Part shown: positions 48,183 through 55,510 of the stretch, piece after piece
Layout of the letters: each line of letters starts with the position of its first letter
Numbering within the stretch: the first letter of the stretch is position 1
NCBI GenBank assembly: GCA_903827955.1
Contig: CAIKKJ010000054.1
Span: forward strand, 2,298-66,297
Reading direction: 5' to 3'
DNA length: 64,000 nt
DNA from: an uncultured Verrucomicrobia subdivision 3 bacterium
GTDB taxonomy: Bacteria; Verrucomicrobiota; Verrucomicrobiia; Limisphaerales; UBA11358
Notes under the pieces: model-generated
Told to the model about the DNA's origin: nothing
Database searches by the model: none
What the model saw: the letters and a program-made list of their open reading frames with translations, nothing else
Made by a program: the position numbers and the translations under genes

Positions 48183-48584
48183 CTCTTCGTCTGGGGGAGT
48201 CTTCTTGTTGAGTCGCCGCACTTTGGCGATGCCTTGAATGGCCATCCAGATGCCAATTATACCAACGATTTCTGGAATCGCCAAATAGCTGCCCCCCGCA
48301 CGGGTATAAAACCGAACTGCCCAACCGACAAGGAACAGACCGAGCAAGGCCACTGCAATCCAGGCAATTAACATGCCTCGCTTTATAGAGTCCGGGCGCA
48401 TTTTCGATAGAAAGTGCCAGGGCTGCTTTCGGGTCACATAAACACCTGCCATAACTGAAACTCCAACTACCAAGATCCACCAAGTTTCAAGGACCAATCC
48501 GAAAAAGCACCCAACGACGGCGACAGCAACTACGAACATCCCGTCGAGCGTCATCTTTTTCTCCGGCTGTTTGTTGCCGCGCAT
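48177..48584 (-). CDS. cassette ORF: four-TM membrane protein
   Basis: MRGNKQPEKKMTLDGMFVVAVAVVGCFFGLVLETWWILVVGVSVMAGVYV... The longer track ORF (to 48704) would read through the repeat and was rejected. Confidence 0.6.
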   Translation of the reverse strand: MRGNKQPEKKMTLDGMFVVAVAVVGCFFGLVLETWWILVVGVSVMAGVYVTRKQPWHFLSKMRPDSIKRGMLIAWIAVALLGLFLVGWAVRFYTRAGGSYLAIPEIVGIIGIWMAIQGIAKVRRLNKKTPPDEEA

Positions 48585-48604
48585 TTGGTTTGGTGTGCGA
48601 TGAA

Positions 48605-48733
48605 GCCTAACGACCAAACCTGAGCCACCGCCGAGTCTTAGCAGACTGCCACCCGGCGTGAACCGCGACAGCGGAACCCGTAGCACGGTGGCAGCCAGCG
48701 CCAACGGCGGTTGGCTCCGGCGAATGGTTAGGT
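48605..48733 (-). repeat. attC-like structured repeat, copy B (129 bp)
   Basis: On the minus strand it reads ACCTAAC ... GTTAGGC and starts 4 nt after the stop of the S26-like ORF. Confidence 0.55.
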
Positions 48734-48737
48734 GGCG

Positions 48738-49238
48738 TCATTTGTCTCTCACTCTACCTAAAATGCTCTGCTTCGGCAACGCACCCCAAAAGCGGCTGTC
48801 GAATGAATTCGTGGTATTGTCACCGACTAGGAAATACGTGTCGGCTGCAATTTTATATGGATAAGAAACAACTGGGAAGGGTGAGTGGGGAATACTAGCA
48901 TCGTAGTGAATACCTGCCAACCTGTCGGGCTGTGCTTCGCGTTTTCCATCAATGTAAATACCATCGGCTCGAATCTCCAAACTCTCTCCTGGAAGGCCGA
49001 TAACTCGCATGACCCAAATCTCCTGCGGCTGCGTCAATGTCTCTTTCGGTGGAGGGTGGAACACGACAACATCCCATCGCTGCGGCTCACTCTTACGAAA
49101 CGCAGACATATCGGCGACGACGCTCTCATTCGGCTGGATGGTCGGTGACATGGCTGACGACCCGCTTTGGCGGAAACATCGCTCGGAACATCCGCTGATT
49201 AAAACCAGAAGCGTGAGAATGATGATGGATGTGCGCAT
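48738..49238 (-). CDS. cassette ORF: S26 signal-peptidase-I-like lipoprotein
   Basis: Lipobox LISGC, Ser box GSSAMSPTI, VMRVIGLPGE, and GDNTTNSFDSRFWG. Confidence 0.7.
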   Translation of the reverse strand: MRTSIIILTLLVLISGCSERCFRQSGSSAMSPTIQPNESVVADMSAFRKSEPQRWDVVVFHPPPKETLTQPQEIWVMRVIGLPGESLEIRADGIYIDGKREAQPDRLAGIHYDASIPHSPFPVVSYPYKIAADTYFLVGDNTTNSFDSRFWGALPKQSILGRVRDK

Positions 49239-49242
49239 AGCC

Positions 49243-49357
49243 GCCTAACAGTAATATTAACCCTTAAAAGTGTGGTTTATCACTTTCATTGATTTTGACC
49301 TTAGTTGAGGGTTTTTTCCCTGTCAAGCAAGGGGGTTTGGAAAATCTTCGGGGTGAA
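49243..49357 (-). other. possible attI-like junction (GTTAGGC core 4 nt upstream of the first cassette ATG, plus AT-rich spacer)
   Basis: On the minus strand ...ttaatattactGTTAGGCggctATG. It lacks the 90-bp attC-like core found at the other two junctions. Confidence 0.3.
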
Positions 49358-49514
49358 ATGTCACTGCAGAAAACCGCAGTTGAGGGCTTGGTGCCCAATC
49401 CCAAGTTGCGCTTGCGGGAGCAGGTCAGGAGGTGCGGCGCCGCCGGTTCTTGGGGGCGTGGGCGAACCACCGCCAGCGTGTATCCGTCACGACCAGCGGG
49501 CAGTCATTTAACCC

Positions 49515-49750
49515 TCCCAACCGGCCAAAACAGTCACCGGTAGGGACGCTGCGCGGCGGCGTCCTTCCGCTGGCGCTTCCCTGTTTTAAGCCAGCGGAAT
49601 CCCAAAAACCGCCCGCCAAGAAAAGGAAAGCGCGGGCGGGGACGGCCCAGCGGTCCGTCCCTACCTGCGGCAGGGCGTAAGGTGGATTGGGGCAAACACC
49701 GCAGGTCATTGCCAGCGGGTGGCCTTTTCGCCTTCCCAACCGGCCAAAAC
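49515..49750. repeat. multi-hairpin GC-rich element flanked by 17-bp perfect direct repeats (tcccaaccggccaaaac)
   Basis: The direct repeats lie at 49515-49531 and 49734-49750. The interior holds at least five stems of 6-9 bp, including gtagggacg/cgtccctac. Confidence 0.8.
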
Positions 49751-49766
49751 GGTCAAAACGGGGTTT

Positions 49767-50081
49767 TTTAATCAAAATCGCCGGTTTTAGACTTAAAATC
49801 GTCAAAACATAGTCATGATTGATTAAAACATAGTTATGTTTCGCGGATTTATAGTCTGGAATCGGCGGGGAATAGTCATGTTTTGAGCAAACATAGTGAT
49901 GTTTCGGCCAGCCATAATCATGTTTTGCCGGAACATAATCTGGAATCGGCAAATCCAAGTCATGGATCGGCCGGGGATGACTTGGAATCGTGGCGGGATG
50001 ATTTGGTTTTGGTGAATCATAATCTGGATTTATCGCGGAATAATCTGGTTTGGGAAAAAGAAGATTTTCCGACGACGGGGA
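49767..50081. repeat. degenerate tandem array with strict 21-bp period (12 clear units at 49809-50060, weaker units on both sides)
   Basis: Units start atagtcatg / atagtctggaatcggc / ataatcatgttttgccgg, and so on. The consensus is roughly ATARTCWKGDWTYGGC plus 5 nt. Confidence 0.85.
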
Positions 50082-50237
50082 GGGAAATCTTTTAGACAGA
50101 ATTAACCGGATTCACAGAATTTTAAGGCAGAAAGGCCGGCAGCTTTGGCTGACTACAAGTTATTTTGGGAATGCTTAGCGTGCCGTCACAAGGTTGCGCG
50201 CTTTTATTTTTTTCACGTTTGTTTATCATCCGCGCCG

Positions 50238-51458
50238 ATGTTGGGAACGCTGCGCAAAGCCGAATACGCCGAGCTGATGATTTTATTTTTCATCCAGGCG
50301 GCCGGCATGGCCATCTGGTTCGTGCCGCTCGGCCCGATTCTGGACGCGCACGGGCTGCATGAGATCAAGCCCTACGCCTTTGCCTCGCTGGCGGTGGCGG
50401 CGTTCATTTCCCCGTTGATTTTTGGCGCGATGGCCGACCGGCATGTGCCGCCGGCCAAAGTCTTGCGCTGGCTGGCCGTCGCCTCGGCGGTGCTGATGGC
50501 GGGCATCAGCACGGCGCTGAAATTTGAATTGAACCGCTGGCTGGTGCTAGGCCTCATCCAAATTTTTTATCTCTTTTACTCGCCGATGTTCAGCATCTCC
50601 ACGGCCATCGTGCTGGCGCGGCTGGCGGATGCCAAAAAAGAATACGGCCCCATCCGGTCGCTGGCGACGTTCGGCTGGATGGGCGGCGCGCTGCTGGTCA
50701 GCGCGCTGGCGCTGGATCATTCGGCCTATGCCGGATACCTCGGCGCTGTAGTCTGGCTGTTGGTGGCGGCGTTTACTTATTTTCTGCCCACGCTGGAAAT
50801 GCCGGCGGCGGCGGAAAATCTTTCGTGGCGCGAACGGCTGGGCCTCGATGCGCTCACGCTGTTGAAGAACCGCGAGACGCGCGTGGTGTTTCTGATGACC
50901 ACGCTGTTCAACATCCCGCTCTGCGCCTTTTATCCCTACGCGCCGACGCAGTTGCATGAACTCGGTTACGAGCGCACGAGCGCGTGGATGAGTTTGGCGC
51001 AGACGACGGAGATCATTGCGATGTTCAGCCTGGCGTGGATGCTGCATCACTGGCGATTGAAATGGGTCTTCGCCTGCGGCCTGGGCATCGGCGTGGCGCG
51101 GTTCGCTTTAAGCGCGATGAATGATGAAAGATTTCTGCTGCTGGGCATCGCGCTGCACGGCGCGTCGTTCGTGCTGGTGTTCATCACGGCGCAGATTTAC
51201 CTCGACCAGCAGATTGACCCGGCGTGGCGGGCGCGGGCGCAGGCGCTGCTGACGCTGATGAACGGCGGCTTCGGCAACCTCATCGGCTATCTCGGCACGG
51301 GCTGGTGGTTCGCGGCCTGCACTAAAAGCACCGGCACGCATTGGCCGTGGTTCTGGGGCAGGTTGACGCTGGTGATCATCGGCGTGCTGTTTTATTTTCT
51401 CGCAACGTTCCGCGACCAGAAAATCCAGATGAACAGAAATGGAGTTGCCACCAAATGA
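50238..51458 (+). CDS. MFS transporter (12 TM)
   Basis: Polytopic protein of 406 aa from the internal Met, with an MFS-like duplicated 6-TM organisation. Substrate unknown. Confidence 0.75.
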   Translation: MLGTLRKAEYAELMILFFIQAAGMAIWFVPLGPILDAHGLHEIKPYAFASLAVAAFISPLIFGAMADRHVPPAKVLRWLAVASAVLMAGISTALKFELNRWLVLGLIQIFYLFYSPMFSISTAIVLARLADAKKEYGPIRSLATFGWMGGALLVSALALDHSAYAGYLGAVVWLLVAAFTYFLPTLEMPAAAENLSWRERLGLDALTLLKNRETRVVFLMTTLFNIPLCAFYPYAPTQLHELGYERTSAWMSLAQTTEIIAMFSLAWMLHHWRLKWVFACGLGIGVARFALSAMNDERFLLLGIALHGASFVLVFITAQIYLDQQIDPAWRARAQALLTLMNGGFGNLIGYLGTGWWFAACTKSTGTHWPWFWGRLTLVIIGVLFYFLATFRDQKIQMNRNGVATK

Positions 51459-52324
51459 AAATCATCCCGGCCATGCTTGTGTTTTTTTTACTGCTCGGAG
51501 TAAAAGCGATTTCCGCCGCCGAAGTTTTTTCCGGGACGCTCGCGGAACATCTCGCCACGAACGCCGCCGCGCGCGTCACCATTCCGCCCGACCTGCAGCC
51601 GTTCCGCGCACCGAATTCGCTGGGGCTCGACCGCATCACCGGCGCGGCGTGGTCGCGCACCTGCTGGCTGCACGATGTGCAAGGACTGCCCGCCACGCCC
51701 ATCGGTTTTACGAATTATCCCGGCGGCCAGGGATTGATGACGATGGTTTCGCCCCGCCATTTTCTCTGCGCCACGCACATGCACCCGGAGGCGTTTCTCG
51801 CGGCGTTTCTGGACACGAACAATGTCGTGCACTACCGCCACGGCGTGCAACGGTTGGACGTGGGCAGCGACACGTCCGTGGGGATTTTGGATGAAGACCT
51901 GCCGGCGTCCGTTGGATTTCTGCCGGTGCTGCCGGCGAATTTCACAAACTATCTTTCCGCCACGAGCACAAATTTTTTTCAGGGCATCGGCATGAACCAG
52001 GAATTTTATCTGTTCGGCCAGTCATTGAATTTTGGTTCGCCCGGACTGGCGTGCTGGAGCCCGGAAAAAAACATCGCCGGCGGGCTGGCAAAAGAATGGA
52101 ACCTCGTCGTGCGCGGCGGTGATTCCTCAAACCCGGTCCTGCTCCTCATCAGCAACCGGCTGGTGCTCGTCTCGCATAACTGGACCGCGCGCAGCGGCCC
52201 GAATTACGCGTATCAAATCGCCGACATCAATGCCAAGATGCACCTGCTCTCGATAAACAACCATCTCGCCAGCGATTATCAACTGACGGAATTTTCGCTG
52301 ACGAATTGGCCGGCGATCCGGTGA
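51455..52324 (+). CDS. secreted hypothetical protein, possible PA-clan (trypsin-like) serine peptidase
   Basis: ATGA overlap with the MFS stop and a signal peptide. Candidate triad contexts are LCATHMH, SDTSVGILD and GGDSSNPVLL. Confidence 0.5.
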   Translation: MKIIPAMLVFFLLLGVKAISAAEVFSGTLAEHLATNAAARVTIPPDLQPFRAPNSLGLDRITGAAWSRTCWLHDVQGLPATPIGFTNYPGGQGLMTMVSPRHFLCATHMHPEAFLAAFLDTNNVVHYRHGVQRLDVGSDTSVGILDEDLPASVGFLPVLPANFTNYLSATSTNFFQGIGMNQEFYLFGQSLNFGSPGLACWSPEKNIAGGLAKEWNLVVRGGDSSNPVLLLISNRLVLVSHNWTARSGPNYAYQIADINAKMHLLSINNHLASDYQLTEFSLTNWPAIR

Positions 52325-52329
52325 CCGAA

Positions 52330-53340
52330 TCAGTCTTCGGTTTCGGCCGTGCCGTGGAATTTTTCCGACATCAATTTGACCGTGAATCCCCCGATCGTTT
52401 CCTCCCCGCGCTGACAAAGCCAGTCGTTGATATCGGCAAGCTGCGCGTTCACCTCGTCGCCGAGCTTCACATTGGTCAGCGCCGCCGGTGAATTTTCCAG
52501 TTTGCCCGTGATGGTTTCGCCCGCGATGCCCGTCACGGAAACCCACATGAACTCCTCGTTCTCGCCGTCGCTGAAACGCGCTTTGACGATGAAGGGTGCC
52601 TCCGGGCTGGCCACGCCTGCCTGGAACGCGGCCACAAATTCCGGCCAGCGGCTGCGGGCTTCGGCCACGGCGGCGACCATGCGCGGATCATCGGCGGAGA
52701 TGTTCACGACGGGCGCATTCGTGGGCGCGTCAAAAATTTCCAGCGGCTGACCGGACTTGAGTTGCTCCACGACCGCCGGCGCGTATTCATTGCAGCGCTC
52801 CAACTCTGGGCAATACAGCGCCAGACAATCCTCATCTGCAAAAGGTGCGAGCAACCGGCCCAAATCCGCGTAAATTTCCTCGCGCTCCGATTTTGAGCCC
52901 GGCTCGCCGAACAGGTCGGCAGAAATCCATGCCTGGTGTCCAGCCACTGCCCGCTGCAGGCGCAGGTCGGAAATGCTTTCAGAATATTTCTCCGGGTCAT
53001 CCATGTAAGGCCGCGTGAACGAATTGATGAGCAAAATATTTTTGCCCGTGTTGATGAGATAACTCATGCCCGCCCCCGGCGTCAATGACGGCTGAATTTT
53101 TTCGGCGGCCACCGCCATGATGGTGTTGGGCTCGGGTGTCTCACCCATCTTGAACTCCATACCCAACACCTGTGCCGCAATTTGCCGCACCTGCCAGTCG
53201 GCCAGCTTGCGCGGTTCTTTCAGCAAAAAAACCAGCGCGGTAATCGGCCGTTCACCTCCCCCGCCCGCCCGCCGACGCAGAATCCTCACCACAAAACCAA
53301 CGGCCACCACGACCATTACCACTATGATAAACGTTTTCAC
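52330..53340 (-). CDS. membrane-anchored protein with C-terminal DUF2314-like domain
   Basis: N-terminal TM helix. The C-terminus reads ..EFMWVSVTGIAGETITGKLENSPA... Confidence 0.55.
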   Translation of the reverse strand: MKTFIIVVMVVVAVGFVVRILRRRAGGGGERPITALVFLLKEPRKLADWQVRQIAAQVLGMEFKMGETPEPNTIMAVAAEKIQPSLTPGAGMSYLINTGKNILLINSFTRPYMDDPEKYSESISDLRLQRAVAGHQAWISADLFGEPGSKSEREEIYADLGRLLAPFADEDCLALYCPELERCNEYAPAVVEQLKSGQPLEIFDAPTNAPVVNISADDPRMVAAVAEARSRWPEFVAAFQAGVASPEAPFIVKARFSDGENEEFMWVSVTGIAGETITGKLENSPAALTNVKLGDEVNAQLADINDWLCQRGEETIGGFTVKLMSEKFHGTAETED

Positions 53341-53369
53341 GGAGGATCAACTTACATCGCGGCAGTTTT

Positions 53370-54362
53370 TTATTTCGCCAGAATTGTCTCAATCAGTGCC
53401 AGCTCTTCCGCGCTGAAATTCAGGTTTTTGACCGCCCCTACACAATCATCCACCTGCTGCACCTTGCTCGCACCGATGAGCGCGCTGGTCACCACCTTGT
53501 GCCGCAGCACCCACGCCAGCGCCATCTGCGCGAGCGTCTGACCGCGCGAATGTGCGAGGTCGTTCAGCTTTTTTGTTTTGGCGATAACTTCATCCGTGAC
53601 GTGTTCCGGGCGGAGAAACCGCTGGTCTTTCGCAATGCGTGAATCGGACGGGATGCCCTTGAAGTAACGGTCAGTCAACAAACCTTTTGCCAGTGGCGAG
53701 AACACCGTCGCACCGATGCCTTCCGCTTCCAGCGTGGCAAGCAACTGCGGCTCCACCCAGCGATCGAGCATGGAATAACGCGGCTGATGAATGAGGCAGG
53801 GCGTGCCGAGGTCGCGCAAAATTTTCGCCGCGCGCGCCGTTTCGGCCGGCGGATAATTGGAAAGCCCGGCATACAACGCTTTGCCGCTGCGGACGGCGGA
53901 ATCGAGCGCGCCCATCGTTTCTTCCAGCGGCGTGTCGGGGTCGGGGCGATGCGAATAAAAAATGTCCACATACGGCAGCCCCATCCGCTTGAGCGATTGG
54001 TCGAGTGAAGACAACAGATATTTCCGCGAACCCCATTCGCCATACGGCCCCGGCCACATGTAGTAACCGGCTTTCGTCGTGATGATCAGCTCATCGCGCC
54101 ACTGGCCGAGGTCGTCGCGTAAAATTTTCCCGAGCGTCTCCTCCGCTGAACCGTCCGGCGGGCCGTAATTGTTCGCGAGATCGAAGCAGGTGATGCCGAG
54201 GTCAAACGCGCGGCGGGCGATGGCGCGGGCGTTTTCGTAAGAATCCACCGCGCCGAAGTTGTGCCAAAGGCCGAGCGAGATCAGCGGCAGCCGGACGCCG
54301 GAGCGTCCGCAGCGGCGGTAAAAAGCGGGCGAGTCGTAACGGTTTGGATTGGGGGTGTGCAT
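53370..54362 (-). CDS. aldo/keto reductase (YghZ/Tas-like)
   Basis: GLWHNFG, FDLANNYG and IGASKVQQ patterns. Confidence 0.88.
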   Translation of the reverse strand: MHTPNPNRYDSPAFYRRCGRSGVRLPLISLGLWHNFGAVDSYENARAIARRAFDLGITCFDLANNYGPPDGSAEETLGKILRDDLGQWRDELIITTKAGYYMWPGPYGEWGSRKYLLSSLDQSLKRMGLPYVDIFYSHRPDPDTPLEETMGALDSAVRSGKALYAGLSNYPPAETARAAKILRDLGTPCLIHQPRYSMLDRWVEPQLLATLEAEGIGATVFSPLAKGLLTDRYFKGIPSDSRIAKDQRFLRPEHVTDEVIAKTKKLNDLAHSRGQTLAQMALAWVLRHKVVTSALIGASKVQQVDDCVGAVKNLNFSAEELALIETILAK

Positions 54363-54486
54363 GATTTTGAAATAATTTTTACTTTCTGCACCCGAAAGTC
54401 GAGCGAACAGAATTCATTTTTGACAGGAAGCGCTTGCCTCATCACCGCGCAACGGGCTTAATTCTGCGAATCCCAATCCACTCGCC

Positions 54487-55473
54487 ATGAGCCATAAATT
54501 TATCCGCACTTACGCCGCACTGGGCCTCACTCTGTTCGCACTCAAAACCTTTTCCGCGCCGACGGACGACGTTTATCTGCTCGGCCCCGACTCGCAAGCG
54601 CACACCAACGTGCCGCACGGAAAAATCATCGGCCCGCTCACGCTCGCCAGCGAGGTGTTCACCAACACCACGCGGCACTATTGGATTTACGTTCCCGCGC
54701 AATACCAGCCTACCAACGCCGCCTGCCTCATGATTTTTCAGGATGGCCACGCGTTCCTGAATTCGAACGGCGATTATCGCGTGCCGAATGTTTTCGACAA
54801 TCTCATCTACCGTCGCGAAATGCCCGTGACCATAGCCGTGTTCATCAACCCCGGCCACACCCCTGCGCAACCGGAAGCCACCGACGCGGTTTGGGGCGAT
54901 GGCGTCAACGGTCGCGCGACGGAATACAATGAACTGAACGCCGATTACTCCAAGCTCATCGTCAACGAACTCCTGCCTGCACTGGAAAAAGATTTTAACC
55001 TTTCCAAAAATCCCGACGACCGCGCCATCGCCGGCGCCAGCAGCGGCGCGATTTGCGCGTTCACCGTCGCGTGGCAGCGGCCGGATCAATTCCACAAAGT
55101 CATCAGCACCATCGGCAGTTTCACGAACATTCGCGGCGGACACGTTTATCCCGACCTCATCCGCGCCGCCGACCACAAGCCGCTCCGCATCTTTTTGCAA
55201 GACGGCCTGAACGACCTGCGCGGCACCCGGCGCGGAACGACGGCCTACGATCCTAAATGGGATTGGCACGCGCAGAACATCAAGATGGCCGCCGCGCTGA
55301 CCGAGAAGGGTTACGATTTGAATTACTGCTGGGGCATCGGCACGCACTCGAACAAGCAAGGCGGCGCGATGCTCCCCGAAATGCTCCGCTGGCTCTGGCG
55401 GGATTATCCCCGCACCGACGACCCGCAGGATGACCGCAACCGGAAACTTTTTGCACCGGGCATAGGCAACTGA
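54487..55473 (+). CDS. secreted esterase (enterochelin-esterase-like alpha/beta hydrolase)
   Basis: Signal peptide, GxSxG (AGASSGAI), and a WDWH motif. Confidence 0.75.
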   Translation: MSHKFIRTYAALGLTLFALKTFSAPTDDVYLLGPDSQAHTNVPHGKIIGPLTLASEVFTNTTRHYWIYVPAQYQPTNAACLMIFQDGHAFLNSNGDYRVPNVFDNLIYRREMPVTIAVFINPGHTPAQPEATDAVWGDGVNGRATEYNELNADYSKLIVNELLPALEKDFNLSKNPDDRAIAGASSGAICAFTVAWQRPDQFHKVISTIGSFTNIRGGHVYPDLIRAADHKPLRIFLQDGLNDLRGTRRGTTAYDPKWDWHAQNIKMAAALTEKGYDLNYCWGIGTHSNKQGGAMLPEMLRWLWRDYPRTDDPQDDRNRKLFAPGIGN

Positions 55474-55510
55474 AGTGTTTAACGGCGCGCTTGTCCCCCG
55501 CGCAAGATTT

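Larger units (their letters stand above)
47691..49249 (-). mobile_element. putative integron gene-cassette array without intact integrase (CALIN-like)
   Basis: Three single-ORF modules are each preceded by GTTAGGC. Two are followed by a structured repeat bounded by RYYYAAC ... GTTRRRY. The DNA is AT-richer than the flanks. See findings. Confidence 0.55.

Noticed and set aside
48585-48704. N-terminal 40-aa extension of the 4-TM cassette ORF (track ORF 48177-48704)
   Set aside because: The extension is translated from the conserved attC-like repeat, which also occurs upstream of an unrelated ORF. The internal ATG at 48584 gives a sensible membrane protein.
49767-50081. 21-bp tandem array considered as a CRISPR array
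   Set aside because: The units are contiguous with no unique spacers and are too short and too degenerate. No cas genes or leader are present in the window.
49425-50095. ORFs of 177, 65 and 70 aa across the repeat region (49425-49958 minus, 49823-50020 minus, 49883-50095 plus)
   Set aside because: They overlap one another in different frames and strands. They are open only because the 21-bp repeat lacks stop codons, none spans the array, and their sequences are repeat read-through (PIPDY/AKHDY and similar).
54442-55359. 305-aa minus-strand ORF
   Set aside because: It is antisense to the esterase gene, which has a signal peptide and a GxSxG motif. The ORF has no motifs of its own.
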